A DNA stretch of 64,000 nucleotides from the NCBI GenBank assembly GCA_036501665.1, contig DASXZW010000063.1, positions 8,214 through 72,213 of the forward strand. The letters are read 5' to 3'. This DNA is from Verrucomicrobiia bacterium. GTDB lineage: Bacteria > Verrucomicrobiota > Verrucomicrobiia > Limisphaerales > Palsa-1400. Positions within the stretch are counted from its first letter, which is position 1. Each line of letters starts with the position of its first letter. Shown here one piece after another: positions 55,042 to 64,000 of this stretch. The position numbers and the translations under genes are program-made. The notes below the pieces were generated by a model. It was not told the origin of the DNA. It made no database searches and saw only the letters and a program-made list of their open reading frames with translations.

Positions 55042-56499
55042 TTACTTGGCGTATTCTGCGATTACGGGGATAACGATGAGTTCCTTGTCATCGGGGCAAT
55101 CGCGCCGGAGAAGGACTACGACACCCAAAGACAGCAAAATCAACAGGCTGACGAGAGGCAAACCATCGTCGCGAAGCAGTGGTCCGATGCGAGGCAGGCG
55201 GGCAGCGAGATCGGTCAACGTAAAAATCGCCAGAGCGGTTAAAATCGTGCGGTTGTTTTTGTTTTCCAAGGCGCGATGCAGAAGGGAAACCACGAGCGGC
55301 AGCAGCAGGAGATAGTAATAATTATGGGCGACGGGATTGATGATCAATGCAACGCCAACAAGGAGTCCGGCTATGATGAGCAAGTCACGCGGCGAATCGT
55401 TTCGACGACTTCCAAGCGCACAGATTAGTCCGGCCAAAAGCAGGGCGCCAACTGCATAGACGATGAAACGTTCGGCGGGCGCGGCAATCGCGGGGCGTTG
55501 CTCGCGGATTTGGTTGTGGTAACGCCAGTTGTGAATGAATGCCAACAGGGACTGGTTGTCGGTCGATTGCATCCCGGTGAGTTCGTGGATAAGTGATTTG
55601 TCTGATCCTTTTCCCAGGGCGGGTTTTACGAGGATTTGAACCCAATCTTTGTAGAGCGCTGCGCTGCGGCTCGGACCCATCGTCAAAACTGGAAGGGCAA
55701 CCAGCATCAGAACCAGGCCCGTGCCTGCTCCTGCCGCCATGCGCCACTGGCGTCGCCAAAGAGGGTAGATCAGCAGGAGCGCGGGAAATAGTTTTACAAC
55801 GGCAGGTCCTGAGAGCCAGAGGCCGGCTTTAAATGCCTGGCCGATTGCCGTCAGATACAAACCGAAGGACATCGCGGCGAGCATGAGGATGTCGGTTTGG
55901 CCACGGGACAAGTCAGTGCCGAGTGAACCGGCGATGACCACCAATGGTATGGCACGCAATATCCACCAGCGGCGGCGTTCGGCGGCATCGACGTGCGGAG
56001 GTTCCTTAAGGCTGTTTCCTTCCAACGCGCACGCCAATGCATGGGCCGACAGGCAGATCATTGCGATGTTGATGAAGTACCAGGCGGCGACGATGAAGAA
56101 GAAGCGCGCGTTTTCCCGATGCAGGCCAAAGAACCGATGCGGTCTGTCAAGATCATAACCCCAAGGAGTGTTGGCGACCGTGCGCGGTGTTCCCGGCTTT
56201 TCGACTATTGCCGCCGGCGCGGCCTGGCTGAAGGGAACGAATAGGATCGCCAGCGCGGGCGGATAAACATAGTGCCAGCCGTGCCAGTCGGAAACGGTGT
56301 AGAGATTGTCGCCGCTTCGCACGGCTTCAGCGGCGGTTGCGAAAACGCCCAGGTCGGTCATGGGAACGCGGCGCAGCGCGGTGCGTTGCTCCACGTTGGC
56401 GCCAAAGGCGAGCACCAGAAAAAGAGCCACTGCGAGCCAAGTCCGTTCTCGCGGCGTGAAGCTCCAGCGACGAACCTTTTCGGCGGCAGGAGTTGTCAC
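55042..56499 (-). CDS. GT87 (DUF2029) family polytopic membrane glycosyltransferase
   Basis: It has multiple TM helices. DLGVFATAAEAVRSGDNLYTV...YVYPPALAILFVPF is the DUF2029 N-terminal signature. Confidence 0.65.
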   Translation of the reverse strand: MTTPAAEKVRRWSFTPRERTWLAVALFLVLAFGANVEQRTALRRVPMTDLGVFATAAEAVRSGDNLYTVSDWHGWHYVYPPALAILFVPFSQAAPAAIVEKPGTPRTVANTPWGYDLDRPHRFFGLHRENARFFFIVAAWYFINIAMICLSAHALACALEGNSLKEPPHVDAAERRRWWILRAIPLVVIAGSLGTDLSRGQTDILMLAAMSFGLYLTAIGQAFKAGLWLSGPAVVKLFPALLLIYPLWRRQWRMAAGAGTGLVLMLVALPVLTMGPSRSAALYKDWVQILVKPALGKGSDKSLIHELTGMQSTDNQSLLAFIHNWRYHNQIREQRPAIAAPAERFIVYAVGALLLAGLICALGSRRNDSPRDLLIIAGLLVGVALIINPVAHNYYYLLLLPLVVSLLHRALENKNNRTILTALAIFTLTDLAARLPRIGPLLRDDGLPLVSLLILLSLGVVVLLRRDCPDDKELIVIPVIAEYAK

Positions 56500-56724
56500 G
56501 CGGCCAAAAGTGCCGCGAAATTGTGTATTTGAGTCGTGTGCAAAATAAGTTCGCCATCCAATCAGTCAGTCCAGGAAGACGGCGGTCAATCCGGGAGGTT
56601 AGCGAACGAAAATATTGTTCAGGGGACAATGACTTTCCGCAAGCTCATTCGAGTTTCATGAAAATCGCAGCGCCGAAATTCACTTTCTGCTTTCTGTTTT
56701 TTGGGTCGGGCTTATGCTTCGCGG

Positions 56725-57996
56725 ATGATTCACAGAGATGTTGTTTGCGCCGCGCTGGGACTGGCCATCGGAGTCGCGTCTGCGCAGGAAAAGGGGCCGA
56801 CGTTTCGGAAAATACAGTTGACGAGCGACTTTTGGAGCGAAGGGGCGGCGTACGCCGATTTTAATCACGACGGCGTCATGGACATTGTTTCCGGGCCGTT
56901 TTGGTACGAAGGACCGAATTTTGTGTCCCGACACGAATATCGCCACGCCACCCAAAAATCCTTCACCACTACTAATGCCGCTGGCGAAGCTCTGACTTTC
57001 CCGGGATTTGAAGGCGCGCATGGAGAGAAGAATGATTATTCCGACGATTTTCTCACGTTCACCTGGGACATCAACGGTGATGGCTGGCCGGACGTGATTG
57101 TCGTTGGCTATCCAGGCAAGGAAACCTACTGGTACGAAAATCCTCACGGCAATGGCAGCCTTTGGACGCAGCACACAATAATTGATTCCACCGACGACGA
57201 ATCCCCTGCCTTCGGCGATTTGTTTGGCGATGGAAAAGGCGAGTTGCTCTGTTGCACGAGCAATTACTTGGGTTATGCCGCGCCTGCGGATTGGAAGAAT
57301 CCATCTGAGAAGTGGGTTTTTCATCGAATTTCTCCGATGCACCCGGACTACCAACGTTACCTTCACGGCCTCGGATTCGGCGATGTCAATGGCGACGGGC
57401 GAAATGATCTTATCATCAAGGACGGCTGGTACGAACAACCCGCTTCACGCGATGGCGATCCGGTCTGGAAATACCATCCGTTTCCATTCGCGCCCAATGG
57501 CAGTTCGACGATGTTCGCCTACGATGTCAACGGCGATGGGCTTGCGGATATTATCACTTGCCTGAACCCACACGGTTTCGGGCTTGCCTGGTACGAGCAG
57601 TTGCCGGAGAAATCAGCCGACGGTGAAATCCAATTCAAGCAGCACCTGATTCTTAACCCCGACGGTTCTCCAAATTCCTATGGCGTCGCATTTTCACAGC
57701 CGCACTCAGTTGCGCTGGTGGATATGGACGGCGACGGGTTGAAAGATATCGTGACGGGCAAACGATTCTGGGCGCATGGAAAACATGGGCCGGACCCCAA
57801 ATCCAATGACCCTGCGGTTTTGTATTGGTTCAAGCTGGTGCGCGGTGAGAACCATTCCGCGGAGTTTATTCCGCATTTGATTGACAGCGATTCCGGCGTC
57901 GGCACGGAAGTTCTTGCCGGAGATGTAAACGGCGATGGGAAGCCGGACATTGTGGTCGGCAACAAAAAGGGGACCTTTGTATTCCTTCAACAATAG
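56725..57996 (+). CDS. FG-GAP/VCBS repeat-containing secreted protein
   Basis: It has a signal peptide. Repeated segments include DFNHDGVMDIV, DINGDGWPDVI, DVNGDGRNDLI, DVNGDGLADII, DMDGDGLKDIV and DVNGDGKPDIV. Confidence 0.8.
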   Translation: MIHRDVVCAALGLAIGVASAQEKGPTFRKIQLTSDFWSEGAAYADFNHDGVMDIVSGPFWYEGPNFVSRHEYRHATQKSFTTTNAAGEALTFPGFEGAHGEKNDYSDDFLTFTWDINGDGWPDVIVVGYPGKETYWYENPHGNGSLWTQHTIIDSTDDESPAFGDLFGDGKGELLCCTSNYLGYAAPADWKNPSEKWVFHRISPMHPDYQRYLHGLGFGDVNGDGRNDLIIKDGWYEQPASRDGDPVWKYHPFPFAPNGSSTMFAYDVNGDGLADIITCLNPHGFGLAWYEQLPEKSADGEIQFKQHLILNPDGSPNSYGVAFSQPHSVALVDMDGDGLKDIVTGKRFWAHGKHGPDPKSNDPAVLYWFKLVRGENHSAEFIPHLIDSDSGVGTEVLAGDVNGDGKPDIVVGNKKGTFVFLQQ

Positions 57997-58002
57997 TCCA
58001 AC

Positions 58003-58803
58003 ATGAAACGACGTGACTTTCTGAAATCCTCGATCGCAGTCGCCGGCACTGGCGTTGCGCTGGCAAATTCCACGGCTCGCGCGCAAGAAGACAAATCCAC
58101 CATGCGAACTTATTATGAATTGCGCGCCTATCATTTAAGGCGGGGGAAGACCGATCTGTTCGATAGCTTCTTCAAGGGTGCGGCAATTCCCGCGATGAAC
58201 CGCGCCGGGATTGAGCAAGTTGGCGTCTTCAACGTCAGCGTCGGGCCGGATAGCCCTACAAATTATGTGCTGGTGCCGCACACTTCCCTCGAATCAATCG
58301 CGACGCTGCGCCAGCGTCTCCATGCCGACGAAGAATATCACAAAGCCGGGGCGGAGTTTCATAACGCGACTCCCCAGGACCCGGCTTTTCTCCGCGTTGA
58401 CAGCATGTTGCTGATGGCTTTTGAAGGAATGCCGAAGTTGCACGTGCCGTCATTTCCCGGTGGTGGCCGCTCTGGTCTTTACGAATTGCGCACTTACGAG
58501 AGCCACAGCCAGAAGGCCAATGACAAGAAGGTCGAAATGTTCGATCTCGGTGAAATCGAAATTTTTCGCAACGCAGGATTTCAGCCGGTGTTTTTTGGCA
58601 AGGGAATCATCGGGACACGACTGCCGAGCCTGACTTACATGCTCGCCGCGGAAAACGCCGAGTCGCACGACAAGTATTGGAGAAATTTCGGTGGATCGCC
58701 TGAATGGAAGAAGCTTCGCAGCACGCCGGGTTATCAGGACAATGAAATTGTGGGTGGCATCACCAATGCCTTCCTGCGGCCTGCGTCCTATTCGCAAATC
58801 TAG
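58003..58803 (+). CDS. Tat-exported NIPSNAP family protein
   Basis: It has a twin-arginine leader (MKRRDFLKSSIAVAGTG) and duplicated YELRAYHL / YELRTYES NIPSNAP motifs. Confidence 0.7.
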   Translation: MKRRDFLKSSIAVAGTGVALANSTARAQEDKSTMRTYYELRAYHLRRGKTDLFDSFFKGAAIPAMNRAGIEQVGVFNVSVGPDSPTNYVLVPHTSLESIATLRQRLHADEEYHKAGAEFHNATPQDPAFLRVDSMLLMAFEGMPKLHVPSFPGGGRSGLYELRTYESHSQKANDKKVEMFDLGEIEIFRNAGFQPVFFGKGIIGTRLPSLTYMLAAENAESHDKYWRNFGGSPEWKKLRSTPGYQDNEIVGGITNAFLRPASYSQI

Positions 58804-58846
58804 TGTTTTACCTGCGCTGACAACCTGCCGATAAACACTAGGACAA

Positions 58847-59641
58847 GTGCTCCCAGCGTCAGTTGGGCAGTCTTGTAACAGATTGGAAAATGCTGTGAAT
58901 CAGTCGTTTGTAGTAAATTCGGTCGGAGCACGCCGACCGATTCAAGCTATTTCTTCCGTTGTCGCTGTTCTCCTGATCGGTTTGTTCGTTGCTGGATGTG
59001 CCAAAATGCCCCAGTCCATCGAGGAGATCGGGCCTCGCTATAAACCGGCGAACATCTACAAGATTGCTGAAATTCTTCCGGCGGAGCTTCGCCGCGTGGC
59101 GGTTTTGCCACTGACGACCCCAACTGATAAGCCATTATTGATCTCAGGTGTCCAAACTTTGGAAACTACAGTTTATTCTGAACTGGAAAAGAGCGAGCGA
59201 TTTGAGGTGATTCCTGTTTCAGGCGATCAACTTCGGGAATGGACCGGACACGCGAGTTGGAGTGCCGATGAACCTTTGCCGCCCAACCTGTTACAGAAAT
59301 TGCGCGAAGGGACGGGCTGCGATGCGATCCTCTTCTGCCAATTGATCCGCTACCAGCCCTATGAACCTTTGGCCGTTGGATGGAAATTCTCCTTGGTGGA
59401 CAAGGGGGGAGCGCCTAGAGATTCCAAGGATCCTGCGACGCGGATTTTGTGGTCTGCAGACGAAGTTTTCGACGCCGGTGACGTTGAGGTAGCCACTGCG
59501 GCGCGCGTTTACTATTCGCAACATCTTCGTAATGAGACGCCTCTGGCGGATTCGTCCACAATCCTGGGTTCGCCCAGCCGATTCGGGCAATACACGCTGA
59601 GCGCTCTGTTTTCGACCTTGCCAAAACGGTCGTTGCGTTGA
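58847..59641 (+). CDS. hypothetical lipoprotein
   Basis: VLLIGLFVAGCAK is a lipobox. No family was recognised and the start is uncertain. Confidence 0.5.
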   Translation: MLPASVGQSCNRLENAVNQSFVVNSVGARRPIQAISSVVAVLLIGLFVAGCAKMPQSIEEIGPRYKPANIYKIAEILPAELRRVAVLPLTTPTDKPLLISGVQTLETTVYSELEKSERFEVIPVSGDQLREWTGHASWSADEPLPPNLLQKLREGTGCDAILFCQLIRYQPYEPLAVGWKFSLVDKGGAPRDSKDPATRILWSADEVFDAGDVEVATAARVYYSQHLRNETPLADSSTILGSPSRFGQYTLSALFSTLPKRSLR

Positions 59642-59728
59642 TGAAAAGCGTCCTAAAGTTTTACACTTTCTCGCCGATATTAAAACAGCAGGTATTTGAG
59701 CGTTTGGGCAAGTGACCTGATTCTGTTT

Positions 59729-59998
59729 ATGGAAATCAATACCAGTATGAAAGTCAGCGGTGTTAATGGATTTACTTCGTCCGGTCGCACATCTTCCGCG
59801 GCAAAAGCGGTTCCGGACACAGCTTCATTCCCGGGGACGGCGGGGGTTCAAGCGGCATTGGGAATCCTTCCCGACAGCCGCCCGGACGCCGTCAGCAGGG
59901 CGCAGTCGCTTATTAACGATCCCAATTATCCATCAGCGGGGATGGTTCATCAGCTTGCGAATCATCTGACGCGCAATCTCTCTTCGCAGAACTCATAA
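59729..59998 (+). CDS. flgM: anti-sigma-28 factor FlgM
   Basis: A small protein with a disordered N-terminus. Its C-terminal segment DAVSRAQSLINDPNYPSAGMVHQLANHL is FlgM-like. Confidence 0.6.
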   Translation: MEINTSMKVSGVNGFTSSGRTSSAAKAVPDTASFPGTAGVQAALGILPDSRPDAVSRAQSLINDPNYPSAGMVHQLANHLTRNLSSQNS

Positions 59999-60012
59999 AA
60001 GATTTAAATCCC

Positions 60013-60450
60013 ATGATCCAGAGCAATAACGCCTGGCAGTCCTATCGCAAAGTCGCCGTTCAAACAGCCTCGCCCGGACATTTGGTTTTGATGCTCTACG
60101 ATGGAGCCATCAGTTTTCTGGAGCGGGCGTTGACCGGTTTTAATTGCAAGGACCCGGCAGAATTCAACCAAACCATCAGCAACAATATCATTCGCGCGCA
60201 GAATATCATTCGCGAGATGAACACCCGGCTGGACATGGAGCGGGGCGAGGACGTCGCGGAGAATTTGCGGAAGCTGTACAACTATTTCAATCGCCGGTTG
60301 CAGCAGGCCAATTTAAAAAAGAACCGCGAACCGATTGAGGAAGTGATTAAACACGTTCGCGTCATCCGGGATGCCTGGGCTGAAATGCTTTCCAAAGGCG
60401 GCGCAAACGCCTTGGCGGAAGCGGAAAAAGCTCAGCTTCAACCGGCGTGA
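60013..60450 (+). CDS. fliS: flagellar export chaperone FliS
   Basis: AWQSYRKVAVQTASPGHLVLMLYDGAISFLERA...LRKLYNYFNRRL is the FliS signature. Confidence 0.8.
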   Translation: MIQSNNAWQSYRKVAVQTASPGHLVLMLYDGAISFLERALTGFNCKDPAEFNQTISNNIIRAQNIIREMNTRLDMERGEDVAENLRKLYNYFNRRLQQANLKKNREPIEEVIKHVRVIRDAWAEMLSKGGANALAEAEKAQLQPA

Positions 60451-60456
60451 TTTTCC

Positions 60457-60846
60457 ATGACTGCGCAACAGGAAATGGCCGGGCTTTTTGAGCGTTGGCT
60501 CCAATTGACCCAGGCCGAAGCCGGCGCGATTGAAAATGCGGCATGGTCCGGCCTGAAGGAAATCCAGGCTGCCAAAGATTCCCTACAAAAGCTTTTAAGC
60601 GACGTCAAACAAAAGTGGAACTCGGAAAATCCGCGCCGAGCTTCCTGCCCACCGGAGGAAAGTCCATTTCACCCTGTAATTTGCCGTCTTCTCTCAATGG
60701 AGACGCACAACGCCGAATTGCTCGCCGCCAAGATCAGTGAGGCGCAAGCTGAGAAGAAATCGCTCGAAGACGCCGCCCGTAATTTGCACAACATCTCCAA
60801 ATCCTACGCAGCAAAGCCGGGTGAATTTTGGACGTGTTACTCCTGA
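60457..60846 (+). CDS. hypothetical helical protein (possible FlgN/FliT-like chaperone)
   Basis: An all-helical 129-aa ORF lying 7 nt after fliS. The function is inferred from position only. Confidence 0.4.
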   Translation: MTAQQEMAGLFERWLQLTQAEAGAIENAAWSGLKEIQAAKDSLQKLLSDVKQKWNSENPRRASCPPEESPFHPVICRLLSMETHNAELLAAKISEAQAEKKSLEDAARNLHNISKSYAAKPGEFWTCYS

Positions 60847-61178
60847 AGAGACTTGCCGTGGTCTCTTTCCCAAGCGGCGTCATCGGCTGCCGCTTTTGCA
60901 TGTAATCTCAGACCGAGCGCCTCGATGACTTTCAGGATTGTATCAAAGCCGGGACTGCGGTCTCCAGAAAGAGCTTTGTAAAGACTTTCACGCGAAAGCC
61001 CCGCGTCACGCGCCACCCTTGCCATACCTTTGGCTCGCGCGATATCGCCCAGCGCCTTTGCAATAAAGGCAGCGTCGCCGTTGGCTTCTTCCATGCATGC
61101 TTCAAGATATGCCGCCATCTCCTGGGGCGTTCTGAGATGTTCCGCGACGTCGTAACGAGTTGTGACTGCTTTTTTCAT
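60837..61178 (-). CDS. addiction module antidote protein (HigA-like HTH antitoxin)
   Basis: From MKKAVTTRYDVAEHLRTPQEMAAYLEA...IARAKGMARVARDAGLSRESLYKALS, it matches the antidote family that pairs with the killer-protein family. Confidence 0.75.
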   Translation of the reverse strand: MKKAVTTRYDVAEHLRTPQEMAAYLEACMEEANGDAAFIAKALGDIARAKGMARVARDAGLSRESLYKALSGDRSPGFDTILKVIEALGLRLHAKAAADDAAWERDHGKSLQE

Positions 61179-61185
61179 TTCATTC

Positions 61186-61476
61186 CTAAAGATTCCGCGC
61201 GAGTCTCCGGGCGATGATGATATCCCTGGCTTGGGTGCGTTTATCGCCACCCGCCAGAAGGATGACCAACTCCCGCCCGCGCTGTTTAAAATATACCCGG
61301 TATCCAGGACCGTAGCTGATTCGCAATTCCAAAACGCCTTCGCCAACAGGCTTGACGTCGCCCGGGTTTCCCATGGCAAGACGTTCGATTCTTGCCTGAA
61401 TTCGCGCCCTTGCTTGAAGATCGCGCAAACCGTCGAGCCACTGTGCAAACAGGCCGGTCTTGCGAATCTCCACCAC
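61186..61476 (-). CDS. type II toxin-antitoxin system RelE/ParE family toxin (addiction module killer protein, HigB-like)
   Basis: FAQWLDGLRDLQARARIQARIERLAMGNPGDVKPVGEGVLELRISYGPGYRVYF is the killer-protein signature. The toxin lies upstream of the antitoxin, as in HigBA. Confidence 0.8.
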   Translation of the reverse strand: MVEIRKTGLFAQWLDGLRDLQARARIQARIERLAMGNPGDVKPVGEGVLELRISYGPGYRVYFKQRGRELVILLAGGDKRTQARDIIIARRLARNL

Positions 61477-61588
61477 ATGTCCAATGTAGCCAACAGGCTA
61501 CACACTGTCAATAGTCCTAAACGAACGATTTTGCGGTTGAGTTTGGGGGTTCAATCGTCAATACTCCGGTTGTCGCGCCAAAAAAATT

Positions 61589-63565
61589 ATGCAAACCTCG
61601 CTTAAGCCAGCAAAACCGGCTCCAACCGGGAAAATCGCGGCGACGCCGATCGGGTCCTCCGCCCGGCATAGCTGGCTGGAAGGCGGGATGGCAATACTTG
61701 ACTCAATCGGCCGTGTGCTGGATGTCAATGAGCCGTTAAGCTATTGGCTTGAGCGGACGCAAAAGGAACTCATCGGCGGCGTTTTCTGGGATTTTCTTGG
61801 CGCGATTTCGGCGGAATGGAAAAAGCCGCTTCTCCAACTCAGACAAAACTCCGCTCCGTTTGAAAGGCTGAATCTCAAGCTGGCATCGCCCGATTCCCAT
61901 TCGTCGCAATGGTTCGTCATTGAAATTGCGCGGCGGGAAGAAAATCGTTTTGTGCGGATGAGTTCGATTCTGCCGCCGCTTTCCGAACTCGAAGATTCTG
62001 TCTGGAACGAAATTCTCGGAAGCGAATCGGCGCGTCGCGAAGCATATGTGCGCATGCTCCGCGCTGAGGCGCAATTGGACGGGTTGATGCGCCGCTGGCC
62101 GTGCGTCATTTTCAGCCAGCGCCCGGATTTCAGCATGCAATTCGCCAGCCCGAACATCGAGGAATTGACCGGCATCCCGGCGGCGAATTGGTCGCGTCAA
62201 TCACAGCAATTCTGGCAGGTCGTTCACGAACTGGATGTGCCGGAACTCCAGCAACAATTTAAACGCGCTGTGCGCACGGGCGCGGAAATCACCAATACAT
62301 TTCGGATTCGGCACGCGATCACGGGATTGGTCGCCTATGTTTTGGAGCATCGCCACCCGACCATCAGCCAGAACGGATTGCTGCTCGGCTACGAAGTTGT
62401 CTGGCTCGACGTCACGCGGCAAACGGTCGCGGAAAAACGCCTTTCCACCGCCGCATGGAAGGAAACGCTCGCGGAATTGACCCTGGGAATGGCGCATGAT
62501 TTCCGAAACATCATGGCTGGCATCCATTCGTTGAGTGAAACCTATCTTTCGCAGGTCGATGACAAACATCCGTTTCACGAAGGGCTGAGTTTAATCAAGA
62601 AGAATTCCTTGCAGGCCAGCCAGCTTGTTCAGCGGATGATCAACCTGCACTTGGGCCAGACGGGCGAGCGCAGTTATTTGAATTTGAACGAAGTCGTTAC
62701 GGACGTGGCGGAATTGGTGAGCAAAATCATCCCGCGCCGCGTCCGGGTGGAGACTGAATTGTCAGATGAAACGCTTCCGATCTACCTCGATCTGGTGGAA
62801 CTGCGCCAGGTCATCATCAACTTAATGCTCAACGCCGCCGACGCGATGCCTCAAGGGGGAATTCTTACGCTGCAAACTTCCCGTCATGCCACGTTGCCGG
62901 AATTGAAGAACATGAAGGGAACTTTGCCGCGGCCCCCGTGTGTTTGCCTGACCATCGAGGATACCGGTTGCGGCATCAAGGAACGGCATTTGGAGTCGAT
63001 CTTTGATCCGTTTTTCACGACGAAATCCAAGGGGTCGGGCCTGGGACTTTACAACGCTCGGATCGCGGTCGAGAAACATCAAGGCGCCATTTCCGTCCGC
63101 TCGAAGGAAGGAATCGGCACCAGTTTTCACATCTGGCTGCCGCAGGCGGATTTCTCGGAATCCGATCACGAAACAGAGGCGGCTGAGCGAAAACGGGTGG
63201 CCCGCCGGAGCATCTTATTGCTGGGCAATGCCGGGGATATGCTTGACAAAACGGCGGAATTCCTTCGCTCGCACAATTATCACATCGCGACCGTGAAGAC
63301 GGCGGAGACGTTGCCGGAAATGCTGCGATCTGGCGACTATCAGTTCTCCGGGGCGATGCTGCTTGCCGAGCCGAACGCGCCGAGTCTCAATTCGTTTTTG
63401 GATGGCGTTCGCCGAAATACCAAAAACATGAAAGTCGTACTAAGGTTGGTCGGGTGCAGCCAGGACAATCTGGAAAGCCAGGTGGCCAACGGAGTTGATC
63501 TGGTTCTCAACGCGGACATGCCCCAATCGGAAATGCTGGCGAAGCTGGAAAGTTTCCTTGCTTGA
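61589..63565 (+). CDS. PAS-containing sensor histidine kinase with C-terminal degenerate receiver-like domain
   Basis: It has two PAS-like regions, the H-box GMAHDFRNIMAGI and the HATPase segments EDTGCGI and GSGLGLYNA. The C-terminal 120 aa are receiver-like. Confidence 0.8.
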   Translation: MQTSLKPAKPAPTGKIAATPIGSSARHSWLEGGMAILDSIGRVLDVNEPLSYWLERTQKELIGGVFWDFLGAISAEWKKPLLQLRQNSAPFERLNLKLASPDSHSSQWFVIEIARREENRFVRMSSILPPLSELEDSVWNEILGSESARREAYVRMLRAEAQLDGLMRRWPCVIFSQRPDFSMQFASPNIEELTGIPAANWSRQSQQFWQVVHELDVPELQQQFKRAVRTGAEITNTFRIRHAITGLVAYVLEHRHPTISQNGLLLGYEVVWLDVTRQTVAEKRLSTAAWKETLAELTLGMAHDFRNIMAGIHSLSETYLSQVDDKHPFHEGLSLIKKNSLQASQLVQRMINLHLGQTGERSYLNLNEVVTDVAELVSKIIPRRVRVETELSDETLPIYLDLVELRQVIINLMLNAADAMPQGGILTLQTSRHATLPELKNMKGTLPRPPCVCLTIEDTGCGIKERHLESIFDPFFTTKSKGSGLGLYNARIAVEKHQGAISVRSKEGIGTSFHIWLPQADFSESDHETEAAERKRVARRSILLLGNAGDMLDKTAEFLRSHNYHIATVKTAETLPEMLRSGDYQFSGAMLLAEPNAPSLNSFLDGVRRNTKNMKVVLRLVGCSQDNLESQVANGVDLVLNADMPQSEMLAKLESFLA

Positions 63566-63580
63566 ACGCAAACAATTACA

Positions 63581-64000
63581 ATGCCTGCTGATACGAACAC
63601 AGCGAAAGAATCGGCCCATCCGATTCTGATTGTTGACGATGAAGAAATCGTCCTGGTGGCCTTGCGGGACACTCTGGTGCGCGAAGGTTACCCGGTCGTT
63701 GCGTCGCCGCACGCGGTCCATGCCTTGAGCATCCTCAAGGAGCACCAGTTTTCGGTGGTCATCACAGATCAGCAAATGCCGATGGTGACCGGCCTGGAAT
63801 TCCTGGCCCAGGTCAAGCAGGTCCAGCCCGATGCGACGCGTATCCTCATCACCGCCGTGTTGAGCCTTGGCACTGTGATCGACGCCATCAACAAGGGGGA
63901 AATTTACCGGTTCATTGTCAAGCCGTGGCTCCGGGAGGAATTGCTCGCCACTGTCAAGAATGCCGTTCAGCGATACGACTTGATTCGCAGCCATTCGCGC
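63581..64000 (+). CDS. response regulator, N-terminal receiver domain (3' end outside window)
   Basis: My own translation from ATG 63581 reads PILIVDDEEIV...VVITDQQMPMVTGLEF...ILITA...YRFIVKPW. This ORF is absent from the ORF track. The KPW motif is typical of RpfG/HD-GYP-type regulators. Confidence 0.75.
   Translation, partial: MPADTNTAKESAHPILIVDDEEIVLVALRDTLVREGYPVVASPHAVHALSILKEHQFSVVITDQQMPMVTGLEFLAQVKQVQPDATRILITAVLSLGTVIDAINKGEIYRFIVKPWLREELLATVKNAVQRYDLIRSHSR

Noticed and set aside
54871-55242. A 123-aa plus-strand ORF.
   Set aside because: It overlaps the 3' end of the GT87-like membrane protein gene on the opposite strand and has no support.

Overview
This is a densely coding chromosomal window of moderately high GC. 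The gene content points to the PVC superphylum, most likely Verrucomicrobiota. Supporting genes are a prepilin-type DUF1559 (H-X9-DG) protein, two ~1000-aa dehydrogenase/HEAT/cytochrome-c 'PVC-type heme-binding' proteins, a TIGR04073-like exosortase-associated protein and Tat-exported enzymes. Housekeeping content includes korAB, ispE, pgl, M3 and M28 peptidases, an OppD/OppF-type ATPase pair, GT39-like and GT87-like membrane glycosyltransferases and flgM-fliS. Signalling content includes an RR/YfiR/histidine-kinase operon, a PAS protein with a Cys4 tail, a FecR plus CHASE2 cyclase pair and a hybrid kinase with a response regulator. Accessory content includes three RelE/ParE-type toxin-antitoxin pairs, a nucleotidyltransferase pair, one REP-associated tyrosine transposase flanked by hairpin inverted repeats, several GC-rich palindromic repeat elements, a frameshifted methyltransferase and a TPR protein that looks like a 5'-truncated STAND NTPase. 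Two items stand out. (1) A cobalamin riboswitch plus terminator lies on the minus strand (about 4261-4595), invisible in the ORF track. It controls an operon of unknown function (708-aa secreted protein, pseudopilin-like protein, Cys-rich CWC protein) and may mark an undescribed corrinoid-responsive or corrinoid-acquisition system. (2) An actinobacterial-type mpa-dop (pupylation) gene pair has no 20S proteasome genes or pafA nearby, and its Mpa homolog lacks the proteasome-docking tail. A well-initiated 64-codon ORF occupies the position where pup normally sits but does not look like Pup or UBact. All calls rest on reading the sequence and on recalled family signatures; no searches were run.
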